From positions 6,187,079 to 6,251,078 of the forward strand of contig OZ316898.1 in assembly GCA_973895155.1 (NCBI GenBank): a DNA stretch of 64,000 bases. Reading direction: 5' to 3'. This DNA is from Marsupella aquatica (Eukaryota > Plantae > Marchantiophyta). Under the pieces are notes generated by a model. The model searched no databases. It was given only the letters and a program-made list of their open reading frames with translations, and was not told where the DNA came from. Position 1 is the stretch's first letter. Each line of letters starts with the position of its first letter. Below, piece by piece: positions 23,947 through 36,396 of the stretch. The position numbers and the translations under genes are program-made.

Positions 23947-26900
23947 TAGTACTGATGGTACTGATGTGTGCAGTGAGGTGAGGATACAATGTCAGTTGAT
24001 GATTTTGGTCGTTGTCTTTGGCATTGAGGGGATGTCTATGAGGTGGATATCCCTGATCATGATAGGCAGTCATCGAACTGATGTAGTTTTCTGTAGCAAT
24101 GACCACTTTACTTACTTTAGACCAAAGTGACCCAAGTTAGCATAAGAGCACAGCAAGTAGGGTTCAATTTTCTTGATTTGCAGATATTGAAGTATGCAAT
24201 GGCATTATACTCCAAATTTTGAATTACTGTATTTACTGCCACTCAAATGGCATGGGTGAGCAAAACAATCAACCCTCAATGCCAAAGACAAAGACCAACA
24301 GGCTACAGGAAGTGATGAAAACAGTATGGGAACTAGGAACACCTTGTGTGTTGAAAAGACCTAATGGAGGGCCTGTGGGAAGTCATGAAAACACTATGGG
24401 ATTAGGCAAACCTTGAGTCTTGAAAAAAAATGTAATGTAGATCAACCTCAAGATTAACGTAGAATGCAGTTTACAAAACTGAAGGTATTCACATGAATGT
24501 CTTCACTTATGATTACCCCAATCTCATACTTTGGATGACATGGAAATGAGCAGCTAGTCTCAACATTGACGACAACGAGCACTGTGCAGGCCTTGTGGCT
24601 TGACCAAGCACAGTCATTGTGAAACTGAGCAGGGTTCGTGATTCAAAGCCTCTAGTCACTCTTTACGAGGTTGGTTCTAATATGCCATAATCTTACTTGT
24701 GAAGAGCCCCTACAAGGACATCTTGTACGGCTCATTAAGACCAGTCGACTGGATAACAAAAGCTTCATAGGGGCTGATCAAGGAAACTTTTCTGGCAAGG
24801 GTCCATCAAGCATATCCCTCTGCAAGCAGGAGTGCTTTACAATTATGACTCAAAACAACAGTAGAGGGTTTTCTCCATATGACTCAAAACAACGGTAGAG
24901 GGTTTTCTCCATGAGGACTAATGAACTATAACAAACCTGTCGGGAGAAACCATGAATCAAGAAAAAAATTCCAGTTTTTAATGAAAGGGTTATAGTGACT
25001 CAAATGGGAAAGGAGCAAAGAAAGTAAGAAACTTCATATTTTTCTGATAACAAATTAAATTGTGTGCAGGTTAGGTGAGTTCTCTAGCAATAGACTCCTA
25101 AGGACTTGTCAACAGAAATGACAAACTTTCACGCCACTCTCAACTTTATAATATTCTGGTCGAGCCTTCAATCGTGGAAAACTGCTTCAATAATAGAGCA
25201 AGGTCCACTCAGCCAACTTGCACTTTGCCATGACTGCGAAAGCCCGCAGCACACAAAATGTGAAGAAATCTACACTAATGTTATCGTGTATGAATAATAA
25301 TGAAATGTGTGCACTTTTGGTAGTCCAATGTAGTGTGTTCCTTCGGGGATCATATACCGGGGAAAACTATAAGCACCACATGTATTTGGGGATCAAGTAG
25401 GACAAACTATAACCACCACTTCTAATCCAAAATCTATACTTTTATATTGTTTTGACCAAATTTGATAAAATTTGAGAAAAACAAAGATGTCTATGACATA
25501 GCACGTATACCTTTCATGTAGTAGTACAGGTTATTTAATATTCATAAATTGATATGAGTAGATACCCTGCTAGATGTATGACAGCACCTAGGGGTAAACT
25601 ATGATGTAGTCTGGTGCGGTGACAAGTTAAAATCTCCAAGGGTACGCAACTTATGCACAAACTCCCACCCAAAAGTGGGTTTCACCAAAATCCCTTTCCA
25701 AAGAAAAATTACACTCTGAGAAAAAGTTTGAGGCCCTCTTCCTTACTAGCAAGTCCTCAATCAAAATCGGTGGGCAGCTGTAAGAAGTGGGACCCATAGG
25801 GTGATCATAAAGGAAAACAGTTGGCCTAAGTTCTGTAAGGGAGTATATTTTTCTAACCAGCACCCTTGCTTTGCCTGCCCCCACATCCCCATTAGGCTCA
25901 CTCTGGCTCTCGCGCAGCCCTTGCCCGACTGTTGTCTTGAGGCTTGCTACCCATTTTTTTGGTGCTTTCCCTCTGCTACTCCTGAGTCGACTTGTGCATC
26001 ATTCCCCAACATGGATTTTGTGCAAAGGACTTCATCGCCAAAACGACAAAACCGTTTGCATATACTCAGTTTGCAATGACACAGTTTTGGCATAAGCCTT
26101 GTGTGATGACAACACTTTTGCACGCAAAATGCATGGACATTATCGGGCCAGAAAAAAATTGTTTATTTAACAGCCAGGGTTTATGATTCATGGGTGCTGC
26201 CGTGAATAAGGTTTGCAGGCCCTATGATTGTGTTATACTGTCTTCTCTAATTGCTGTTCTGATGGGGGAGAAGATGAACCTGGAGTGCTTTCCTCCACGA
26301 ACTTATTAGGATGCAGAATATTTACCACCACTCTTCACTTGTCAGGTTCTCTCTTATTATTATAGCGCTTTTGGGCACAAATCCCAATTTCTGAACGGCT
26401 GAAAAAGTACTAGTACAGCCCAGAATAAGGCGCTTTTGCCCTGGATTTAAAGGGTCCTTAACTTACTATTGCAGTGGATAAGCGAGCGAGTGAGTATGAG
26501 TGAGGATGCCTTCATACCACAACCACCAGAGCAAGAAAATACCCCACCCACAAATTATGGAAGTACTGTAGAGTGGCGTAGTGTGTCTACAGTACTTTAG
26601 GAAAAGAGAGATTGTCCATTGAGTGGAGTGACCGTGTTTACAGATCAGCACCAGCCGGGTTAGTGAACGATAGTTTTGGGTGAAGTCATTGGCCACATGG
26701 AGGGAGGTAATATAACTTTCCATTGGACTAGCACTCTCCTTGGTCAAATGTGGTAAAACCAGGTTTCTTATGCTGTAGTTGTAACTTATGAGTTGGCTGT
26801 CTCGATAGTGAAAAGGTAATTTAATTTGCTTCCAGACTTCCCAGGTGGTCATTTTCATTTTCCCCCGACCCCAAAGTGTTCTAACTCTACTTTGAGACCA

Positions 26901-28819
26901 TCGCTTATTTTTGCGCTCCATATTTTAAATAGTTATTTGTAGCAAACACCTAATGTGACTATGGTCATTAATATCCTTTTCCCTGAATTTGTGGATCAGA
27001 CTAGCATTGGACAGATGAATATGTGACAAAAGAGGATAGTTTGGAGTCCCCTTTTACGGTGAGATTGGTGTTGGCTTAAACATGGGAATAGCTTAAACAT
27101 TGCAGTCTATCTCATATTGTGTAAATGAGCCTGCCACAACTGTTCTAGTGTGGGATACCCAACTCTAAGTGGTGAGGTCCCATTACTGTACCTCACTTTG
27201 TTCAGTCAATAATACATATCCTAAACATGTAATGGCCAAGATTCCCGTTTGTCTATGTTTGTTGTTTAGTCAAAGTGACAGTACGTTCTAAACAGAAAAA
27301 AACCAACCAGGTTTGTGACCACTGAGCATTTGGTTGCATAAGTATATTTCGATACTTAATATTTCGATGCTTATTTCGTATATGGACGATGATTTTCGAT
27401 ATCAATACTTTCTTTTCATAGTACAGCCTGCGAATTATAGATTTCGAGGTCCCAATACTTTTGTTGCTTAGAAAGGAGAAAACCAATAGTTGACCTCACT
27501 TCGTAAAAGCTTTTCAAGAAGGACAAACCAACGCTGTTGGAGGGACTATTCTTAGACAGACATGTCTGGTCATTTTCCAATATTTGGGTCGCCTCAATCC
27601 TGATCAATCCCCTAACTCCAGTGCCTACAATACTGCAAAGATGAATATTTTAGTCATTAAACAGAAATCCAATTTGTCGTTTTTCTCCTGAAATCACGCT
27701 CTCATTTTGTTGTGTTTCTTTTTTATACCTAAACACCAATAATCTTGACCATTCTTTTGTTTTCTTTGTTTTTGTCATCCCTTATTATTAGTTTCTGGCA
27801 CTCTGTAGATAGGGTTTTGTCTCCCTAATAAGGTGCCCGTCCCGCACTGATAGGCACAAAGGTACCTTTTACATTCCCTACCTCGATAAAACCCAACCAG
27901 CTCTTCAAAACACCCAACGAGCTCTTCAAAACTTCCTATTATGAGTCTGCAGCCGTCGATCTACGTGATGGTGCTAGAGAGAATCTTATCACATAGTGCT
28001 AAATTATTTTCATGTGCCCCGATAATAGTGTTTCAAGAACCGTCGATCCCTACCAGTCAACGGGCACTCCAGATCGGAAGATTCCAGGCTACCGGGTAGG
28101 TAGAGCCACACCCGTTTACCCGGCACCCAATCTCAAGGAATATTTGATTTCAAAAACCCTGACACAAAATTCTGAGCCGTCAGTGACATGTTTGGACGGC
28201 TTAGATGCGTAGTTCTGGGAATCCTTCGATGTGGTACTTATGGGAATATCCGTAACGAGTGCGATGGGGTCATGGGGTTGGTCATCCTGGCGTAAGGGAT
28301 TAGTCTCTCCATACGTAGCAGCTCGTGGTTGGCTGGGAATTATGACCAATAAAGACAATAGCACGTGGGGGACTGTACGTTGGTCGGCTGTCCAGCCAGA
28401 CAGAATGTCCTCATAAAATCGAAACAGTTGGATTGGGCCTGGCAGGAACATTCAGAGAATCTTGTAATATTGGCCGTTGAAAAGGAGCATCGACGGTCTG
28501 AGGGAATTGACCGCTGTAGAAATTTGTCCATTGGCAGACGCCACTTGTCAGGATTAGTGTGGCGCTCCGCTCGAAACTAATGATCGCAAAGTTAACTCGG
28601 TCTTATTATTGTTTATAGTTAGTAGAAACTTAACTGTTAATCGTTTTAATGTCGTTGAAGACTTTGGACTTTGGAAGATTACCTCATATGGACCATGTTT
28701 GTGTGACGATGGAGCCAAATATTGTGTTGACGGTCAGCTCCATAACTGGATCGCTTATTGGTTGGGACACCCTTTTTTTGACGAGTGCTAGTGATGCCGA
28801 ACTCTTTTTATACATGACA

Positions 28820-29560
28820 CTGTCAAAAGAACAAAAGGATCCAGGCAAGAGACTCAATAAATGGGAGAAAACAAGAAGAAAGAGCCAGAAATATATGACA
28901 GTGCCCAGGGCAGAAAATGCCAAACGGGGAGACGGGATCCCAAAGGCAAAACAACCCAATGAAGGGGAGGAAAGAGGAGAAAAGGTCCCAAAACGGTCCA
29001 GAGTAGTCCACAACGGCTAAAGCTCTACTCAACAGTAGACTGAAAAGACTAGTAAGCTTGGGAGTAAACCACATAGGAAAGTCACAAAGAAAACTTTGTT
29101 GAGAGGCCCTTAACCCCACAGCCTGGTAAGTAACATGTGGTGAACAAGCTTCTATGATCATGGCGCCCACTAGGTAGATTGAGGTCAGCTACTCTTGATC
29201 TTTGCACTAGAGTGTTGTTAAGATTGTAGCTATTGTGATTGAGCGCAGCTGTGGTTCCAGCCTCTGTTTGGTCAAAGATTGCCCCATCCAAAATCCTCAA
29301 GTGCAAGAAAAAACTGGTCTAATTTCCAAAGTAGGGGGTAGAGATTGAGCTCTTTGACAACTTGGTGTTGCCAAGGGACCTATTTGACCTTCGTTTGTGT
29401 AGGTGCAGGTCAAAATGTTCCTGTCTGTTATTGGCTTTTTCATGAGCCCAATCTAGTTGCGTACATAGTGGTCCCAGTGGGGTGCTCTAACCCAACTCTG
29501 GGGCATTGTAATCAAATAGAACATTGGGTTGGTGTCATTTTCAAATAGAGTACCACTGGG
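28820..29560 (-). mobile_element. 5'-truncated, decayed LINE 3' end
   Basis: Remnants resemble a zf-RVT (HIL..C) and LWxER segment. The tail at about 28900-28975 matches the dispersed repeat at about 16944-17010. Confidence 0.45.
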
Positions 29561-31590
29561 CAGTGTAATCAAATTTTGGAAGTAAGCTAGGTTTGCAACT
29601 CACGGATTTGAAAATGTAATACTTTGCAGATTGTTTAGTTTAATTCACAAATAACACTTTGGATAGCTTTGTATTAGAGCAATTACAACCCCTTGAAGCT
29701 ATTGTAGTGTTCTATTTGCAAATGGAAGGCACTTTCCTGTAATTTGATTAGAACATAATTGCGTTGTGTCAGGTGGAAGATAGTAACCAGAAAAGGGCCA
29801 TACAAGTGTAACAGACAAAAGTTTTGCTATTGTAGTAGACCTTTTTTAGTACTTTGCACATGATGTTAGTCTCCCCAAGGTCGGCTTGAAAGTGTACACT
29901 CGGTTGCCTGTTTATGATTAAAAGTGTATATCCTTGTCGTTTGTACGTTTTGTTTTGCCCTGCAGTTCCCCTGCCACCCTAGGGTCTTGGCAGGGGACAT
30001 TTCTTTCACCTGACCGTTTCCCTTGTTCAAAATTTGTTCCTCCCCACAAATGGACAGGCGAGGAAAACAACACTGTTGTCTGGAGCCATCATTTCACTTA
30101 GGAATAAAGGGCAACCAATACCGGGTGTAAATAGTTGTAGCCTATAAAGGTCAATTGGATCTCAAACCAGCATATGCAAAGGGGCATATTGGAGACCTTT
30201 ATGTGGTCATAGCTGGACATGGCCAAAAGGTTATCGTACTTTAATGGCTGTGGGCCACCAATTACAGGAATCAATAGCCAGACATACCTCAGCGGGCCCT
30301 ACGATGGTACATTTGACCTGTGCACCATACACCATATATTGAGTTAAGCTTGACACAAAATTTGATTGAATTTGTTAATCCCATCATCTAATCAATGGCC
30401 AACGATGTCCCAACAAAGGGAATTTTCTGGCTAAGTAGATTCTTGGTAAGCGTAGCCCCTAAAAGCATCATCCTCTCTTTGCAGGAGATTCTGTGGGAAA
30501 TGGGTGTGTTCCCGTTACAATAGATTAGTGTATAATCAATATTAAGTATATGCATAGCGGTGGGAGGTCAATTCTTCTAATGCTAGTCATAGACTTAGTC
30601 AACCATAGTGTACCTATATCAAGCATGGTTGTGGTGACTTGTGACAAGCAGGTCTCAAGTTTGATCCCAACCAGACAGTTCCACTTCAAATCATCTCAGG
30701 CAGGTTCAATGTGTAATGTGCCTGTTGTGGTAATTGTAAGTTTTCCTATATAACATAATACAAAAGTAATATTATGGTTTTCCTTGCCAACAAGCCAGTT
30801 TGAAGGGCTTGTTCAAAGGGGGTTTTCCCCTAAAAAACAAATCAAGCATAGTTCTGCTAGGGTCAGTACAGGAAATTTCTCTGAAGACCATAAAATTAGT
30901 CTGAAATAAACTATTTTTGGACAGTGTAGAACTAGTTTCTTGAGATAAACGGGTCCCTAGATAAATGCAAGATGAACATTGGGTTTTACTCTTTTGCAAA
31001 GAAGACCAGGTTGTGCAATGGAGACCAAGATGTGTCAACAATCCTATGGTAGCTTTACAGGACATCTGGGTCTTCTTTTATTCCCTCTAAGACCCTCTAA
31101 TGACTGGAAATGGTTGCAATTGGCTTTACAACAAATCTGGGGCCGGCCCAGTCAGGTATGGTGTTTACCAATCCTACATGGCAAGCAGTGGGCCGCCCTA
31201 GAAAATGCTGATGTGGAGTGCTCATTTTGTCTAGGATTTTAGACAAACTCTATAGGTGTCTCAAACATTGTCAAACTTTGGCTCCTACATTCAAGTGATT
31301 TAGTTTAGAATTTTTAGATTTATTGAAGTTCATCTCTAAAGATCATTGGTCCTTATTAGTGTCTGTTTAGAACAAGAAGCGGCCCTCCACTTTAATTTGG
31401 TGACAAAAAAGTCACAACTGCGCCCCCACCTCTTGGAAGGCCACCTTAGCCACCACAAAGCCGTTAGTGATTGGATGCCTGAAACCACATATCTTTGTTC
31501 AAATTGCTAAGATAACGAGGACAAACGAAGGCACAACATGTTGATTTCTATGATCTCAGGAAAGTTCATTTTGCTGCCTTCTCCTCGTAG

Positions 31591-33739
31591 AGCACAACGC
31601 ATTCCTTACTGTACTTGAAAGCCCCCAATCCTCAAGGATCCCGTCTACATTTGAGGAAAATCTTTCAAGTCAAACATTATTGAAGCAAAGAGCAGTAACA
31701 GAGGAGGAGCATGTTCACGACTCGCTTGGTCCTGACATAGCGGCGGAGCTTGAAGGAGCTGTTGTCGAAAAGCCAGAGGATGCTAATGTAAGTCATTCAC
31801 TCTTGTTCGTTCAAAGCTCGTGATGCAGTCAGCCTTCACTGACGTGAGAGTTTTGGGAGTAAAAGAGAATACAATTTACACAGCTGGAGAAGGCAGCAGT
31901 AGACACTTAGGTTGCTTCTGGAGAGCAAATGGGCAAGGCAGTCATGGGGAACTGGGGCTCCATATGCTGTTTCCATGTGATGGGTTTGCTGTGGATTGGC
32001 TTGCCGAGGAATCCACCTGTTGATTGGAGCAAGGCTACTTGAATCTTTGATATTAGTAGATAGTTCTTGAACTCATCGTGAGGTTAGATTTTGCTTCGGC
32101 GGGAAAGGAGAAAGAAAGTGCAAAATGTGAAATAATCTGTTGGGGAAATTGCAAGTTTGGGACGCATTGAAGCATGGTTTTTTTTTTCTCAAATTTGCTA
32201 TCCCGAAAATTCGCTGCACGAAAGTCACAAATCTTAAGCAGGAATGGAAATTTAAGCTAGATGTGCTATGCAAGGTTATTAGAGTTGGAACTATTGTCTG
32301 CTGACAAGTAGAGAGGAAGATGAAATGATGGTGGCTCCCATTCCTGCAGAAGTGGAGACCGCAGAAAGAACAAAGATCCAGATCTCTAACAGCCTCTACG
32401 AACTTGCTTTCAGACATGTTACATCTGCGCTTGGTTGTGTTCCCAAGGTCCCTTGTGGCAGAGTGGAAACTACAATTTCATAAAGCAAAACATGACTTCA
32501 GGGCTTCCGGTATATAAGTATCCAGGGTACTCTTCTCTTTTAGTGCAACAATTTACTAAAAGCTTTGAATTTCTATGTACTTTTAATCTTAATTGGCGCA
32601 TGATCAACGTCATTCATGATCGACACACAGCTTGACAAAAGATGTACTATTGCCTAACAACTCACATAAGATTTATCACCTAAAGGCTATCGAATGAGAT
32701 TAACCAGCCATTCCTTGGCAGACGATCAAGAATTTTAATCGCGTCTGTTTAGGTTCCAAAGGAGGGTGCATAAAAGTGCCTTAAATGCCAATGACAAAGA
32801 TCCTCCACCGGTAGGGCTTGGACATCAAGAGAACTACAAATCACTCGCGGTAACAGTAGCGAAGGAAAGCAAAATTGACAGATCAAAACTATCATTCTGG
32901 CAGATCGATCAGCTCAGCCGAATTCTATGACGAGAACATCGCCAATTAAATTGTGATGGTAGGTAGATGTCAGCGGCTACTAATCCAAGCTGCTATCAAG
33001 TGCACCTTGCAAAATCTAAACATCTACGTCTGAGAGGGTTCACTGAAGGAAATGCGTCTAATCTCAGGTCTCGCTGCAGCACACCACCCAAGTTGAAATC
33101 TATGACAGGAGCAGCGAGAAGACTGAGAGTCTGAGACCTCTGAAGTTCAATGGTACCATCGGCGACGCACACAATTGCTGTCACTGCATGCTATGACTGA
33201 TGGGCCGAGGTTCAGTGCATGTCCTTCAAGGTTGCTCTCTTGCAGGGTCTTTGCCCAGGTTCCACCGGCCACAAATTGAACTAAACCAGATCCTGGGATT
33301 TATGGCCGGAGGCTCTGGTACTCGGTCCATCCCGTAAGCATGAAAAGCATTGGCTCGGTATGCTCACTCCAATGATCCGAAATTTTTGAATCAATTAACA
33401 TTTGTTCCCCTATTTGTGCCAGCGGAACGGCTACGTATCCCTGAATTTGCTTCACTGACAGACACACCGAGTATTCTCGATATCTACAATCTCCTCGGGA
33501 CAGCTGTAAGGCCTTTCAAGCATGCATCTCTTGGAAAGGTTTGCGTCTCTTAATCTTCCGAGCTAAAAGCGTTTTCAAGGCAGATTTGATCGAAAACATA
33601 TGGTACAGGAAGGCATTTTTAGCCTGTACCGCAGGTTTTCTTCATTTTCGTCTCGTCGTTGCAATGGACTAAACCTGATAACTTTCCAAATGGTAACGGG
33701 GCTTCCTGCCTTGGCATATTTGGAAGTAAGTGCAACTGA
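31591..33739 (+). CDS. Putative multi-exon gene of unknown function (5' end not located)
   Basis: Seven GT-AG exons join in frame without stops: 31591-31787, 32350-32447, 32753-32810, 33068-33152, 33246-33317, 33423-33538, 33635-33739. No domain recognised. Confidence 0.55.
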
Positions 33740-35373
33740 CAAGACGCCTTGCAGCTGTTCGATGAAGAATGGTTGCACGTTTGCCAGCAAACTACCCTCA
33801 AACATTTCTCTGAGGCGAACAAAAAGAATTCACTCTACCCTTACTCCTAAGATATTTCTGAACCGTGTAACAGTTGGTGATAGAGGGTTCGAACAGTATT
33901 AGGAAAGCTGGGTGTGTACTCTGTTTGGTGATGTGGAGAAGGCATGTTTTTATACGCTGAGGGTGTTTATGCCCCCAATAGATAGATTTGATCTACGAGA
34001 CTTGCATCAGCAGTACTACAGTACGTAGTTGGATGTCATTTAGCTGAAACTTGATTATTTGAATCCTTGCACGCGTGGGCATGAGACGTATGCTCTTACT
34101 TTTCTCTGCTTGTCTTGTCTCGTACCCCTTTAGACAAATAAAGGTTGCCCCCCTGAGAGGTACTCTCTTTTTATAAAGTAATGGTAAGCAAAAGATGTCA
34201 CTGCTTGTGTTCCTCGTTGTGTTCGCTTCATGAGCCTTTTTATGTTAAGGTGGAGCACAGCGTTGCCCATTCAATTAATTCGGAATGCATAGACTCGTTC
34301 TTCAGTTTTCAAAAACTATTGTTCCTGCAGTAACGCTGTAAATGTACTTATTCAAAACCAATCAAGCATGGAACTTGGTAAGCTTTGACCGTAATTTCAA
34401 AACTCACTACTTACAGCAAGATTTGTTGCAGTAGCAATGACAGTCCTATTTGATTCTCTAACGCAGATCAGATTGGGGTGATGAAGACTGTTTCTAGGAA
34501 CTGTACTCGATTCTGCCAGTTGAGGTTTGTGAAGAGAGTAAGTACTTCATTGTCATCTTCATAGCAGGCATCAAGCTAAACAGACGAGCTTGGCAATGTT
34601 ACAGCGTTTTTCTACAAAGCTTTCTCGCATACTAGTTGGACAGTCGTGGAGTATGCACTTCGTGTGCATTACGGTCATATTTAGGTCCCCACTGAGACAA
34701 CGCTCGTTGGGTGCCTAGCTGCCATGCAAAATCAAAAGCCAAGCAGTGCGGAGGGAAACACTGAATGGCGGAAGCTTTGGGTTTCCGTGGATTTGTTCAA
34801 CGCCATTAGAGTGGGCCATCCACAAGTACAAAGCGATTACCAGAGATGGCCAAGAGCATACGGCATTTTCTGAAATGATTAAAATCCTGTACTGAATATC
34901 TGCGTCCTGTTGTAAACAATTTAACATAGCCAGAAATTGGGCTGTGCTCTCACTATCTACGCAACTCTGTTCTTCGCACTTCAAGGAAGACATTGTAAAC
35001 GATGACATGCAGAATCTAGTAATTTGAAGTCCAAAAAACCAGCATGACATGCAGTCTACTAAAATAACATTTACCAGACCTGATATATACAAATTTTGTC
35101 GATCAAAATTGAAGGGAAGCTCGTGGGCTTATAAATTTTGATCAGTTTCTGTGACTGCCTCATTGGTCAGTTACGAATGTGTGCATAGCCACCACCCATT
35201 CAGAGAAAGCAGATCATGAATTCTACGCACGTGGCCGTAGAAAGAGTTACTTTCTGTTTCTCCCCTGACGCGAACGACAGTCCTAAAAATGTCGCTTGGA
35301 TTAGAATCAGGTATCTGGCAATCTATTGAAGCTAGTGACGCTTAGGTTCGACCAGACCATATACTTATACAAT

Positions 35374-36396
35374 TTACGGAGCATTGTTCCCGTTTGCTGC
35401 CCTTTCGTCCAGTATGGACAATGCCGGGTCTCGTTTATGTCCTCCGAACCGTTTATAGCGTTGTCGGTGCGAATGTGGCTTGATTCGAACGGGGCTTTCA
35501 GAGGCTAGGTTTTGTGGACCGTGAACAAGAGCATAGACCCAAGCACCCGCCACAGCTCCCAAGATGGGTCCAACGATGTACACCCATAAACTTTTATACC
35601 AATTAGCTGCTACAGCCGGCCCAATACTTCTCGCCGGATTCATGGAAGCTCCTGAAACAGGCACTCCGACTATAGCCAGCATTGTGATGGTTAATCCCAA
35701 AATCAGACCGGCCAGCTCCCCAACATTTTTGCTATCCACAGCAACAGAGGCGACCACGAACATGAGTGCGAAAGTGAGCAGGAACTCCATGGCCAAGGAC
35801 TGCAGGTCACTGTTCGCCGGACTGGCGGCGCCCACATGGTGCGTATTCTCGTCCAAATCGTAGTCAAACATGAGTCTGAGAACAAATGCTGCGCAGATGC
35901 CTCCTCCAACTTGAGCAGCGATGTAGAACGGCACGAGATACAAAGGGAATTCGCGCACTGATGCAAACGCTATTGTAATGGCAGGGTTCATGTGCGCTCC
36001 TGAGATGTGGCCCACTGCTCTAACCATGGCCATGATTGCGAGTCCAAACGCCAACGAGATGCCCAGGAGGGTGACTGTACCGTGGCTCTTCGTATCCGCA
36101 ATAATTGATCCACAGCCAAGGAAGACGAGAAAGAATGTGGATATCGCCTCGGCTGCCAACTTTCTGTAGTCACTGACCCGAGGCTCGATCTGGGGCTCAT
36201 TGCTGTGGACGTAGACCGTTCTGGATGCCTTGCCCTCCTCCATTGCTCCTACAGCTGCTGCTACTGCGTCTGAGCCTGACCCATGGACATGATTGAGCTC
36301 CAGTTGTACTCGTCTGTTCGGATTTTCGTTAAAGCTATAGCCAGACGTACTCAGCGGCTGAGCACTGGCGTTCGAGCCAGCTGCGTTGTCTCCCAT
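35374..36396 (-). CDS. NIP: NOD26-like intrinsic protein (NIP aquaglyceroporin), single exon, 340 aa from the first ATG
   Basis: AEAISTFFLVFLGCG, SGAHMNPAITIAFA, ELAGLILG, SGASMNPARSIGPA and WVYIVGPILGA. Two NPA motifs and six hydrophobic segments. Confidence 0.95.
   Translation of the reverse strand: MGDNAAGSNASAQPLSTSGYSFNENPNRRVQLELNHVHGSGSDAVAAAVGAMEEGKASRTVYVHSNEPQIEPRVSDYRKLAAEAISTFFLVFLGCGSIIADTKSHGTVTLLGISLAFGLAIMAMVRAVGHISGAHMNPAITIAFASVREFPLYLVPFYIAAQVGGGICAAFVLRLMFDYDLDENTHHVGAASPANSDLQSLAMEFLLTFALMFVVASVAVDSKNVGELAGLILGLTITMLAIVGVPVSGASMNPARSIGPAVAANWYKSLWVYIVGPILGAVAGAWVYALVHGPQNLASESPVRIKPHSHRQRYKRFGGHKRDPALSILDERAANGNNAP

Noticed and set aside
26466-26921. 151-aa minus-strand ORF
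   Set aside because: No recognisable domain or splice support, and it lies in TE-rich DNA.
33295-33335. GFMAGGSGTRSIP, resembling the nucleotidyltransferase LAGGSGTRLxP motif
   Set aside because: The phase-consistent donor at 33317/33318 cuts the motif (giving GGSAERL), and no other transferase motif is present.
35564-36200. Several ORFs overlapping the NIP in other frames or on the other strand
   Set aside because: They are shadow ORFs of a GC-rich coding region.
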